64,000 nt of DNA, taken from NCBI GenBank assembly GCA_904063045.1, contig CAJFCJ010000006.1, forward strand, positions 2,098,946 through 2,162,945, in the 5' to 3' direction. A model generated the notes under the pieces. The model ran no database searches. It saw nothing but the letters and a program-made list of their open reading frames with translations, and had not been told where the DNA came from. Positions 38,887 through 52,791 of this stretch are shown one piece after another; position 1 is the stretch's first letter, and the number at the start of each line of letters is the position of its first letter. Source of the stretch: Dimorphilus gyrociliatus (lineage: Eukaryota > Animalia > Annelida). Both the position numbers and the translations under genes were made by a program.

Positions 38887-41882
38887 TCCATCAATTTTCT
38901 ATTGGTCCTTTCCGAATTCCAAGAAATAACTTTTATCCAAAATTAAATTTATTCCTTCCAATTTACATGAAATATTTCCTGTTCAAACCTTATCTTTTCA
39001 TTCCATTCCACTTATCATAATTTTCTTTAAAAACGCAAACTCTAGCATTCTAATTTAGTTAGAATACGAGAAAGGAAAGAGAGTATAATGAAAAGGGAAA
39101 ACTTTTCTTGTTTTATCTTATTTCAATCTTTGTAATATATATATATATATATATATAGTTTTTACAGTATGTTCCATATAAACTGCATTTTAAATGATCA
39201 TATACTGCAAATGTAAACAATACAGTTTACATCATTCACTATTTAAATAAACACTTCTTAAATTAATCTTTCAGTTTTTTTTTTGCACGTATTGACCTTG
39301 ATTAATAAGGGAAAAAAGATCACTTTTTTAGCCTTGTAATGTTTCATCTTTCTTTTCTATTCGACACAAATAACTTCCTGCTACTTTTTCCTGTTTATAG
39401 ATTTATCTTTGTTCTTTATCTATATTTATGTTTATATTGATAAATTCTATGTATTTTTGGCCTACTTTCCCATGTTATATCGTAATATATCTTGTAAGGA
39501 TAAGAGGCTAATAAATTCTTATATATGGGTTAAATTTCTCTTTTAACTGCGCCATCTAGTATGGAAAGTGGATAGGGATTTGTTGCCAAAGGCTCTTATT
39601 GAGAAATCTGTTATATCTATTTCCAACTGGAAATATTAGAAATTTTTATTACCAATGGTTGATATCAAATCATTTCTAGCCACTTGCTTTACATCGGTAT
39701 GAACTTCTTAATAGTAGTCAATAGATGGCGCCGTTGTGATTTTCCTGAAATCTGGCGCCCCCAAGTGTCTAAGAGACTGTGCCATTAAATGTAGCTAACA
39801 AACCACCCGTACATAAAAATGTTCGGAAACAGAAGATAAAAATCAGACAAGCACACGGCGAATTATAGGGGAGCCTTGAAGCGTAAAGCAACTAGCTCGT
39901 TACCCCCCTTATCTTATCTGACCTTCTCTACAAAAATGCCAAATTTCCCCTTTCTATCGTGTCTGAAAAAAGTCAAAAGTATCTAGAGGAGACGCCGACG
40001 TCGCCAGGTGCAACGCGCATATTCTCGCGCAGCAAAGACAAACAAAGCACATGTATATGATATTAATACAAAACGATAGACACTCGGCATGTAGCGTTCT
40101 AGACACGTGACGCTTTAGACGCTTTGTTTGAGCGTTTGATGAGCGTTCGTTCGTTCGTACCTTGCGTGCTGTTCTGCTCGATTGCGTTCGATAGGAAGCG
40201 AATTTTCGATCGGTTTGAAATGCGAAGTTTTCCCTCCGACCTATGACCCGTAGACGCAAAATCACGTGACCTGAAAAATTTGTCAGTAATTTCACCTTGA
40301 ATTGTACGCGAAAAACATATGACAAAACCAATAAAAAGCGTTGTGCGTAAATTGGCATATGTATATATGCCTAAGTGAGTGTCTATGTGTGTGTGTGCCT
40401 GCGTGTGTGAGTCTGTGTTGGAAAAACGAGTGGAGGGGAGGAGGAGAGTAGCGGAATTGGGGGGAGGGGGTCGTAGAATAGATAGGGAAGGGAAGAGAAG
40501 CGGGAGAGGGAGAAACAGAGAGAGGAGAGAGAGAGAGGAAAAAAAGAGAAAGAAAGACATAAAGAGCCAGTCAAAAAAAAAAACGAAACAGTAGTGGCGT
40601 TTCTTTCTGTCATATAATAGTTAAAAATCTCGTGACAAACACGAGAAACATTCCGGGTCTTCTCATCTTTCATACAGCTTTAAAAAATTCGGTAACATTT
40701 ATAATTAGAAAGAAAATGTTTAAATGTCTAAAGAAAAGGAATGTTTAAAATAGGCCTATTAAAATCATATTTATTATCCCAAGCTTACTTATACGAATTT
40801 TGAACAGATGAGAAAATAGAATTATAGCTGAAGTAGCATAAAACTCTAGTTTTTAGAATCCAGGGACCTAAAATTATAATAATAGAATAAAGTTTTGGAT
40901 TTATTCAGTTTATATTAAAATATTAAAAGTATTGCTAGTAATTTTACATTCAACAATAAAGGAAATATCATTGAATATAAGTATGAACAATATACGAGAG
41001 ATCACGTGAACGGAAATGCAATAATCAACAATTAGATTGAAATTGAAATATGATTTGTAAGATGAGAGAATTATTAGTTGAAATTTGAAATACGTTCTCG
41101 TTGCTCAAAGAATTTCATCCCCTAAGGTCATATGATGGAGAAACAAACAGTTATTATACCAATTTCTTCTTCTTGTGTAACGCCTTCATTCTGAAATGGG
41201 AAGTTCTTACCTTGGGGAACTATTAATCAAAGGTAGACGCCCCCATCTATGTACCTGTATTGATTAGCCGTTATATAATACGGTTATAGCCAATAAACTT
41301 ATAATTGATTAGAATGAAAGTTAAAAATGCGTAAAATCACATGATCAACAACAGGCATGCATAGAGTTCTTTGAAGTGATAACAAACTATACAAGCTCCT
41401 GATAAAATGGGTAATTTGTTTTACAAAAGCTTCAGAGAGAGGATTTCTTAAAGAAAAAAAGGAAAAGAAGAAAGATTGGAAGAATTTATCCTATCTCATG
41501 ATATATATCATTTCATTGAGCCAGTTTTCCTGTATATAAATTTATACCTCAGTACATAAATTTATATACTCTATTTATATTTATATTATAAATTTTACAA
41601 TGTTTTTATCTTTATTCTATAAAAATTTTGCACTGAAAATAAAAGAAGAAAGACAAAAAACGAAAATAGCAACAAAAAAAAAAAAAACGACATATTCCTT
41701 TTTTTCGTTCGATCTTTTTCTTTCCTTTTTTTCTTATCAAAATTTTTAATCAAATTTTGTTTTTTAAAAAAAAAACATATTCTAATATTTTAGAATTATA
41801 ATTAAGTTAATATTATTGCTTGTTTTTTTATGTAGAAATTGTTTGCTTTTTTTATTGGATTAGATAGATAGATAGATAGATG

Positions 41883-41913
<31 letters not shown>

Positions 41914-44284
41914 CGTGAAAGAAAATAGTCTGATATACTGATTAAATATGACAAAACAGAAGAATTTTTGCACTTGAAAATTACAAAAAGAAAAAACAGA
42001 ACAGTTGCAATTAAAAATTATGAATATTAATTATGTAGTTTAAATATGATTTTATATCATAAATCTCTATTCTCTATTGTTAAGTTTTTCCTCTAATTTA
42101 TCTTTCATTCTTTCTATTCTATTTTTTTCCATTTCAATATCTTTTTCATTTTTTTTTTCTTAAAATTCAATTAATATCATTTTTTTTGTTGCTAATTTAG
42201 ATATTTATTATATGTTGTTGTCTGTCACGAATGTGTAGCAGTTTGTATAACTTTTTTTCGATACTTTTTATTCTTTTTTTAGCATTTAATGACCAAAATA
42301 TTAAAAGATAAAAGGAGAGTTTAGTTTTGTTTTGTTAGCTTGACTTTAACCGATGTCATTGTTTTAAAAAAAAATTCTCTTTATAGTTTGTCAATTAAAA
42401 GGAGTATGTATACAGATATGTTTATCTATATGTATTTATTAGTATATACATACTTTACTGGATAAGAGACTTGGGCCTAAAAGGTTAAGTTGAAACTTAG
42501 GGTATAAAAGAATATTGTATTATTTTGGAGAGATATATAGAAAGATGGATTTTATTTTCTCATATAAATTCATAATATTCAAAAGTCTATATACATAGTT
42601 TATGTTAAAAATATTGTTTAGCGGCTTCTGAAAGCCGATGTAATCGAGAAGTAGACATTTATTGACAATGTCTTAAGAAGGTTGCAATAAATATCTGTCT
42701 TTTTTATGGCTTACATAACAGAACAGGAAGGAAAAGAATAAATTTGTGTCTGACACACACTCACACGCACACACACACACTCTCTATCTATCTATCTATC
42801 TATCTTTCTCTGTATCATTTGATCCAGTTTTTTTAAATAATCAATTTAAATAACATAAAGTAAACAATGTTTGACAAAAGTTGAATATTTTCTGAACTGT
42901 TAAATATGCTTTAGAAATGTAAGTATAAATGAATATACTAAACTGTTTTAATGAGAAATTAGAGAAAACATAAGACAAGTACGAAGAGTGCACTCTTCAA
43001 ACAAAACGATTCAATAATAATCACGAATATACAACCCGAGTTTTAAACGTATTTATCATGTATTATTCTATATATATATATATAAGTTTTATCCTTTTTC
43101 TCTTGTAACATATATATTGTGAGTATCTATGTAGGAATGTATTGTCTAACTATACAAATTTAAGAGCGAGATAATTAGGTCACAAAAGAGACGCCTGCCT
43201 CCAAAAGGGTGTGGTTCGTATTGTTATGAAGTAATTGGACGCATTCCATTGTTCAGTCAAGTCTATTTGTCGCTCTTTAGAATCACCGATACCTCTCTTC
43301 TAAACGCGTATCTCCTCTTCTTGATTTCATTCATTACTAATTAAGGTCACAGGTAAATTTTTTCAATGCGCAGAATTTATATACGTTACTGCTGTAGTCT
43401 ATGAAACGCGATAAAAGGTGATGGAAGGCTATTAGAGAAGAGCATTAAAAATAAAAGAGATTCGATGTAATAGATGCAATACAAAGATTAATCTTTGAAT
43501 CGATCGCTCTCATTCCGGTCATTATACCCACTTACGTAGCGTTACCTGTTGAGTAAATTCTCGTGTTCATCTATCTCTATCATAAAGCTAAGTTATTTTT
43601 AATAATTCCATCATCCATTAACAGATATTTTATATTTATACATAGATTCGTTCATACGTCTAATCCCTTACTAGAATATAGCTTAATTCATTAGATATTA
43701 TAGATATAATTTAATCTTCTACTCATTAAAATATGCTTATCGTCTCTGTAACAAAAAAAGAGTCATCAGCAGAGTTTTTTTTCTGTTAAAAAACATAAGA
43801 ATATTACTTAGCAAATTGAGGAAATAAAAGTTTTTTTCCTCTTTGGTCTCGTAAAAAATTATCAAATAATCCTTTTTTTTTTTTGAAGTATTATCGAATC
43901 TATCTAATTTAGCCTAGAGGAAAACACACAGAACACGGACAGAGAGACAGAGAGGCGAAAACGTATTGAATATTTAAAAGCGTATAAATTATGTCTAGTT
44001 AGAGTAAGCTGCCTTTTTCAAGTATAGCGTTTTAAAAGAGAAAGTAGTAATTTTTTTTTATTGCATGTGAAATAATTACATTCAAGGGAAAGATAATGTT
44101 AAATCTTTAGAAAAAAATGGTGGGTCATACACCAAATACTAAAGAATTATTAAGTGTTATTGTTGTACACGTACAATAGATTGTGCATGCATCAAATTTT
44201 TTCCAAAGGTGTCTACAACTATGTGACTAATTATTAGATTTATTTAATTAGACACTAATGAACTTTTTCGTTCCTTTTATTCCC

Positions 44285-44316
<32 letters not shown>

Positions 44317-46973
44317 CATCCTCTCTTTTTCTTCTTTTATTAATTTATAAATGTAGAACAAGCTAAAATGAAAAATTTTGTTTTCTGTCTCTTTTTTTTT
44401 GGCCGATTAAAAATTTTGTACGCAAATAAAGATTAAATTACTGAAAATCTCTTTACGATACTTAAATAACAGATTTTCTCCTTTTTTTTATCATAAAACT
44501 TTCTTTCCAATCTTATCTAGTCTTCAAATTAAATTACGGCTATAAATTTGATTAATAGCTGTGGTTAATTTACGTTAGAGGTTTAGAAGCCTAAGAACAG
44601 TTTATTTTTTTAATGGCGATATTAATTGTCATCATCGTAGGATAGGTATATAACGAGGAAGAAGAAGAAGAAGAAGAGAGAGAGAGTAGAAAGAAAGAAG
44701 TAATAAAAACGCTCTTACAGAGTAAATGTACCTTTTGACCTTAAATGTATAATATTTTAAGGAAAAACAATTATAAAAATTTTTATAAGGGAAAGGTTAA
44801 GAATTTTTGCGTATTTATATGAAAAGTATATATTGGAACGTATGTTGTTCAGCCTGGTTTCAATTTCGAAAAAGTGTAGGAAGATAAGGTCATCTTACAC
44901 TGTATTTATACACACAAGATCGTAAATCATACATAAGAAGCGTATGTGTTTGTTTTCTTTTTTATTTTCGCTTATTCTTTTCACCATTAACATCAACTCT
45001 CTCACTCTCTCTCTCTGTCTCTTCTCCTAATCTTCTTACTTCTCCTCCTCCTTTTTTTTCTTCTCTACTTTGAACAACACAATAAAAAAAAGAAAATGAC
45101 ACTTTTTACTTTACACTCTCTTATTAATTATCACCATAAGAAAAAAAACTATCTTTTTAACGAACCATGTAATACTCTCTTAAAGACGTTTTAATTAACG
45201 TTTATTTGTCTTAGTACTAGTTCAAAAGATGAAACAAAAATATTAATGAACTGTTTTACAGTCAAACTGTTTTAACATGAAAAGAAAAAAAATTTTAATT
45301 GCAGCGCGATGTAAAATTTTTAACAACTAAAAAGAAAATACATGACTAATGCAGTATAGATGAAGAGCGTCAAACTTTTTTCTTTTCTTATTTTTACGTT
45401 TTTAAAGCAAGTGCGCGTGATTAGGCGGGTGGGTTAAAGAGTGAGAAGAAGATAAGAGAATATAGGTACATAAACACATATACACACACAAACACACATG
45501 CATATATATATGTATATATGTATGCATGCACACACGCATACATTCACGCATACATAAACGGATAGGGAGCGAGAGAGAGAGAGAGAAAGAGAAATACCTA
45601 TCTACATATTAGATACATTTAATATACAGTATACTGTATATATATAATTTAAAAAACAATGAAAAAATTTGAATTTATTTATATTTGTTTTGATTTCACC
45701 ACCATCGCACTGTCCTATCACCTCATCTCTCCGCCTACACCTTTGAACGAATTAGAATAGAGACAAATAAACAAACAGACAGAGAGAAAGAATAAGAGAA
45801 ATAATTATTTAAATATAAATTCTTTTTTTTTATTAAAGAAAAATCACACAAAGGAGAAAATTTTGATTTTAAAGTGTTAAAAGAAATAGGAACAATATGA
45901 TATATTTACCATATACTTTATTTGTTCCAAACTATGGCATTCATTATCTTAAAACATGAAAAGTAATAGTACAATGTGTGATTAAAGATTTCATAAACGT
46001 TTATTATATATTATTTTATGTACTTTTAATAATAATAAGCGTATGTTTTATTACTAGCTTATAGGTGTATACTTTTCCACTGTGTGTCCTTAATAAAAGG
46101 AATAATTATATACGTATGAAACTATACGAGACACGTGTTATTAGACACAGTTTTACAGATGAATAAGTGTAAAACAAATAAAATAATAAGGTAAAATAAT
46201 CTTTCATTATCAAACTTAATAACTCTCTGAGTGATAGTATATCCACAGCATGCAGATAATTAATATACTATGCAATAAGTAGGCTATTAAACAAAGAACC
46301 TACAATAGTCCGGTTTTTAGTTCGAAAAAGAAAAGTGGATTAGCTTTCTCGGCTGGATAATCCTCTAATCGCTTGTCATCCGATTAGTCGTGACCGCCGT
46401 CACACTGAGCGTAAATTCTCCTAACTCCTAACCATCTCACCCCAAAACCCTATGGGGTAATAAGCGGGGGGAAGAAGTAGGGGCTATATTGACGTTGAAT
46501 GGAAAAAAAGAAAAGGGCAAAAGGACAAATCAAAAAAAAGGCGGTCGACTTTTACGCGTAGGAAACAATTCTTTATTTTCTTAGTTTTTTTTTGTTCTCT
46601 TTGGTTTCTATTCTTTTCAATATGTGTCTAGAATTCTGGCTCCATCCGTCTCTCTGTCTCTCTTCTGTACGTCTATTTTCGATATTCTGCTCTCTGTTCT
46701 CTTGTTCTGGTTGTAGTTTGTGTATGTTTGATTTTTTTTGAATTACTTTCTTTATCTCTCGTGAAAAAAGATAATTTGAGGGAAATTACAAAAAAAAGTT
46801 CTTTCTCCTCTCCAAAATCTTGCCGTTTGTTTATAGCGTTTCGTTTTCTCTCTTTTTTTTACGTTTGAGAACCGTACAGGTGAAGGTGGTTGAAGAAAGA
46901 AAGGAGAAAATGACTCTAATTTTTTCTCCACCATTCACAGCCGATAATTAATTAGCGATAATTAGCCAGAAAA

Positions 46974-47647
46974 ATGCATATGGATTTGGTGAGCATTGAT
47001 TTTATCGCTAGCGGCGGGAATGAAATGGGCGTGAAATATTGGGTGGACAACGACCGTCTGTCATGGAACGTGAGGGTTATAATCTAAAAACCCTAGTTTA
47101 TCTATTAAGCATTGTACGCTTTTAGCAAAAGAGTAATAATAAATTGATAATAGTACAAAAAGAAAACGCGTGGTGTTTTGTATACACACGTAGCGTCGCT
47201 CTTTTAGACGCTGTAGACCACACCCGAACTCGTGATCCGGTACAGCTCCGCCTACTTATTAGTCGGTTCGGAAATTGACTTAAAAAACGTATGTAACCGT
47301 CACCATTTTATTCGAGAAAATTATGTGCAATTTTTTCTCAGACGTCTAATTGCAAGGCGAACAGCCACCAAGCTCACCTTTCCAAAAACGAATGTTCCCT
47401 TTGATTTTCAAACGTAATCGTACATATAGCCTTGCTTTATATGTAATTATCCGCGTACTAATTTTCTCAAATACATTTACACAGATCTATGTGTGGGAGC
47501 ACACACATATACAGTATATATATATACGTATACATAAATTCATATATATTTAAACCAAGCATTATTCAACTTAATACCTATAAACGAAAGAGACAGATAG
47601 AGAATTTAAATAGAAATAAAGAAAATAAAAAAAAAGAAAATGCGCGT

Positions 47648-47687
<40 letters not shown>

Positions 47688-50501
47688 TCTGTCCCTTGTC
47701 TCCTTCGGCTATTGTTTAATCTTAGTCAATGCTCACATTTCAAAACAAACAGTTCATGCTGCTTGAAAACTGAGAGGCCTAAATCGTGTTGGAAAATGTT
47801 TTTTTTACGTCGTTTTGTATTTACGTGAACATAATCAATCTTTTCCCTGCGGAGAGTGCTTATACTAGTACTTAAAAATTTTCATTTTTAATGGTTATAT
47901 TAAGAATTCTATTGTTATCATTGTAATGAAGAAATCTTATTAAAAAATCCTCATAAAAAGTTAAGGTCTAGAAATAGAGGTATTTTTTCTGTTATTCTAT
48001 TTATAGATAGGATATACTTTATACATATATATTATCAATATATATTTAATCATTCATTCAATTGACTAAAGATAAACCATCCTATACCTAAACTTAAGTC
48101 GTGACCACAGAGAGTCAGATGTTTTTACATAAATACTTTTGGTCTAGCTGAGTAATAAAGTTAAGCATATGATGCCTGAATACTGTCTTAAAAGGTTCCT
48201 ATTCAAAATAGACCAATAGCCGCAGACTTCTATCATTCCTCAATTATTAATCATGATATCTATTTTATGGTCTATTATTGGAACTTAATGATAAATACCA
48301 TACTTTTACTCAAAATCATTCAAATTCAAAAGAAAAATTTAATGAATGGAAAATCTACAATATACTTTTCCTATTCTTCGCTTAAGGGAAATAATGCGCA
48401 GCCCCTCCCCCACTCCCACCTTATTAATAATTCAAAGGGGGAAATATATCAGTATAAACAGTATAGTACAAAATGTAAAAAGTTAAAAACAAAGCCGTAC
48501 ACTTTAGAATGTAGGTTATACATTTAGTGAAAATAAGGCAAGAGGGCAAAAGAGGGATAACTTTACGGTCATCGTCTTACACTCGATTAGAGATAGTTTC
48601 TCCTTACCTCAAGAAAGTGACGTCCAGCTGGGATTTTGTTACATTTTTATAGAAAACTAATTAGTATACTATTATACGGTTACAGTGTACTTTTTTTTTT
48701 AGTTTACATAGGATTAATTTTAATCCTACGACCTCGGCTATCACTTTCAACAATGGTACTTTATACTATAGTATATGAAAATGTACAACAAGATGGATTT
48801 TTAGTTAAAGTTTTTTTTTTATAAAAACAAAAAATGAAAAAAAAACAAAGAAACAAAAAAAAACACTTCATTATTCTACTCTCTAATTAAATAATTTTTT
48901 TATTATATATAAAAATTCTCTAGTTTGCAATTTTTATCTCTCTCTCTCTCTCTTTCTCTCTCTCCCCTTCTTTTCTCCATGAATAAGAAAAAAACAGAGA
49001 GAAAAAGGTAAAGATAGAGAAAAATCGTTAGAGTCAAGATCACAAGATAAATAAAATCCTTTTGTTAGAATATAAAAGATTCTTCTTTTTTTTATTTCTT
49101 CTCTGATTTTTCTTCATTTTTATTTGAAGAAATGGAAAAATATTTTATGAATGAAGGCCTATGTTACTATAGATTATTGCTATTCTGTTACATATTATTC
49201 AGCACGTAATAAATCTCGTAATAGTTGTAAAAGTTAGGATATCCCCCTATCCTATTTTCAGCGTAAGAGTCATCCTCAGTGATGACGAATTTTTCCTAGT
49301 TTCTTGAGATATGATAAACAGGGAGGTCCGCCCCCTCACGAAATTCCTGGAGTCGCCCCTAAAAATAGAATAATATAAGACAGCGCCGTCTATGTGTCCT
49401 GTCCAAAATTTTTTTCGCGATTAAAATTTACGGGCTTATATAGCCTTCTATTTTTAGTGAAGAATAGCCTGATGACGTAAACGTATTCTAAATAGGAAAT
49501 CTTAAAATATGAATAATTTATATCAACCAAAGTTTTTCTAAATTTACGATCCTTATGCAAGAAATATTACTTTAGTATTCTTCCTTTTAGATTCGGGTAT
49601 ATTTTTTTGCTTACAAACATCTTGCTGGCACGTGACTCAGCCTGGCCAGTTGTTTAAACAGTAGAAAACTTTTCGGTTTTATCTCCCGAATAGGCCTCCA
49701 GCAGGCTGGTTCCTATCTATCCTATTTTCGTTTATTTTTAAAAAGACCTTGTGACAAACGTGACGGTACACAGATTGCTCGATAGGGGTAAAAGTTGGGT
49801 TTACTCTATTATATTGATTGTATAGCCATTAGAATGGGAAAAGGTTGAATTATACGCACAAAAATATAGAATGTTCATAAACATCCTGAGAGAAATTTTC
49901 TTGATCTTTTCAAAAATAATGAATGTTATATATTAAACAATTTCAATGGTTTTCTTATTAAAAATGATTTGTTTATCGCATTTAAATATTCATTTATTAA
50001 TTAGCTTCTATTGTAATATTAGCAGTTATTTATTGTTTTTCTATGAGTAGGCCTATGGATTTTCAAGTAAATCTTCTAGAAGGACAATAGTCGTATTTAC
50101 TCTAGTCTATACTGAAAAATGCTCGAAAGGTGCTTTATATATATAAGGCTCTATTTTTAGAACATGAGAATTTGGCCAATCAGAATCATTGTAGGATTAT
50201 ATTGCCCGTCAAATACTGCAACAGTTCGCATCCACTAGACACTTTCTGTTGGAACGCGGTAGCGAAATGATCGATTCCATACTCAATAATTATTCGCAAA
50301 CTCCAGTTTTACCGGAGGATGAGGCTATGAACGTAAGTTATATAATTTTTAATTATATACATGAAAGTTATCAATGCTATTGCTGTCTATACATATCAAC
50401 AATTCCTAATCGATTTATACAAACATATACTAGTTATAATATGGAAAGATATATAGAGATAGGTAGATAGGGAGTAAGAAAGCTAGAGAAATAGTGAGAG
50501 A

Positions 50502-50541
<40 letters not shown>

Positions 50542-51824
50542 AGCAAAGAGATAGACAGAACAAACTTATTATCAACCACTCTTTTCTTATCAGAATCGAT
50601 ATTACTAGAGTCGGACCTACAAAATAAAATTATAATTGGGTTTTCTTTTATGTTTATAAAGTATTCTTCTTTCAATTAAAGATTTTCTTTGCGTCATATA
50701 GAATTCTACTATTTGCTCTAGTCGCAATGCGAAGAATATATAATTTTTCTTCTATTTTTTTGGAATAACTCTACTATTTAAATAGTAATAGCTTAGTATT
50801 CTTCTCTTTCTCCTCCTTTCTCTTTCTCATCCTTTATGTTTTTACGAATTAACTGCCTTGCCTCTTCTCTTCGATATGCTTCTTAGGCCACCATGAATTT
50901 TATTTTCTATTTTTCCTCCCTTTATTCCTTTATATAAAGAGAGCTTAGAAGAGATAACAATTCTTATATTTGATTTGATATTTTATTTGAAATGCGCATG
51001 CGTTAAATGAGCCCAATTGTGAAATTATGGCAGGTGGTCGACCGGTCCCTTCTTTGATATTTTTACGCACGTATAGACATATGTATACACTTAGATACAA
51101 TTCATAAAATCATAATAAGACATGGAATTTTTATACGGATATTTAGCTTCTACAGTTGCAAGTAATATTTTCCACTTATCGCTCATTTATCACCTTACAG
51201 AACTTGTGGAAGGACGTGGAAAATTTGCTATATGAACAAAACCCAGCTATAACAGCTAATCCTACACCACCAATTAGTCCTCAACCAGATTTAGATCTCG
51301 ATTTTCTTCTCAACTTTTCAATGGAACCTGAAAGGAACTCGACCTCAAGTTCAACAACCGATTTACCTGATTTTGGTTCGGCTTTCGTCGATATACCCGA
51401 TATAAAGGAAGAGTTTCCTCACGTTCCGCCCCCGTATCCCGTTTTTTATCCTAACCAGGAATATTATTACCCGATACCTCCAATGAATAGTATGGTCACA
51501 CCACCTTCTTCGCCCGAAGAACCCAAGAAACGAGGTCGAAGGAGTTGGGGGAGAAAACGTCAAACTACGCACTCTTGCACTTATTCTGGGTGTACTAAAA
51601 CCTATACGAAATCATCGCATCTCAAAGCGCATCTTCGGACACACACAGGAGAAAAACCTTATCATTGCACTTGGAAAGGTTGCGGCTGGAAGTTCGCCAG
51701 GTCAGATGAACTTACAAGGCACTTCCGTAAACATACAGGAGATAGACCGTTTGCATGCCACCTATGCGACAGAGCTTTCTCTAGGAGTGATCATCTGTCA
51801 TTGCATATGAAGAGGCACATGTAA
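46974..51824 (+). CDS. KLF2/4: Kruppel-like factor of the KLF1/2/4 subfamily, ~258 aa
   Basis: [10 protein letters not shown] followed by three KLF fingers ([55 protein letters not shown]); VTPPSSP and PPPY motifs. Exons 51201-51824 and 50195-50332 are in phase 0; the first coding exon 46974-46988 (MHMDL|GTGAGC) is inferred. Confidence 0.93.
49359..50160. promoter_or_regulatory. Three perfect MEF2 sites in KLF intron 1
   Basis: CTAAAAATAG 49359-49368, CTATTTTTAG 49448-49457, CTATTTTTAG 50151-50160. Confidence 0.6.
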
Positions 51825-52549
51825 TTTTTTTCCTAAAAGACAAAAAAAACACAACCAAGAAAGACAAAGAAAAAAATAATGAAAAAAATCAACCAATCTA
51901 AAGACATGTGAAATATGAAATTATAACTAAAAAACAAAAAAGAACGTCAAGAAAAATATAAAAATACGAAAGAAAAGAATTCGAAAAACAATCTTATTTT
52001 TTTCGTATTTGTGACTTAAATATGTTCCAAAATGTGAAGAAAAAAAAAATTGCGTTCGTCTCCTCCTGCAGCCGCGGACACTGCCCGAATGTATACATTT
52101 TTTTGTACAGACCCAATGTCGTTCGTAAGGAATGTGCATGTATAAAAATTTAAATAGATGTTCAAAAAAAAAAGACCACACGAAAAAAAAAAAAGAAAAA
52201 AAGACAAAGTGAAAGGAAATCGTATTTTTTTTTTTTTTTTTTTTTAATTGATGAATGTCTAGTTAATATTTTATACATAAATTATTTTATGTTTTATTAG
52301 GTGCTTTTGTGCAATAAGCACTAGTCAAAAAAAACTTCGTAAATATATTTTCTTCGTAATATGCCATATTAAATACTTTATTAATTTATTCATATTTTAA
52401 TATTTTCTATATATTAAAAAGAAAATAACGAATATCTGTAGTATTTAATTAATTTCTCTCTTTTGTATTTATTAGATCGATTAAGAGAAGAAGAGGAAAG
52501 TTAATTGTTGTTTTTCTTCTCTTCGCAAATGACACATTTTCTTTTTTGT

Positions 52550-52675
52550 CGGATGAGCGGGGAGGGGGGAAAGGACGGGGGAGGGGAGTGGGGAGACGCC
52601 AGTAACGCTTTAAAGCGTCCGCGCAGCGCGCCTTCAACGCACCGGTGACCTACTTGAGTGACGCCGGCGTCGAAA
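52550..52675. promoter_or_regulatory. GC-rich Sp/KLF-type element between KLF and TRPV
   Basis: GGGGAGGGG-type runs and CpG-rich sequence in AT-rich surroundings; no ORF. Confidence 0.4.
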
Positions 52676-52754
52676 AAATTTTGTTCTCATTTCTATTTGT
52701 AATGTCACATTTTTTTCTCTTTTCTCTTTTTATAAGCCTTTTTCTACTTTCTTT

Positions 52755-52791
<37 letters not shown>

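Noticed and set aside
39954-40673. Overlapping 70-150 aa ORFs in the CpG-rich island
   Set aside because: Dominated by (GT)n and GA/CT repeats; no splice-consistent protein.
47232-48824. Short ORFs in KLF intron 1
   Set aside because: Low-complexity, microsatellite-derived, no motifs.
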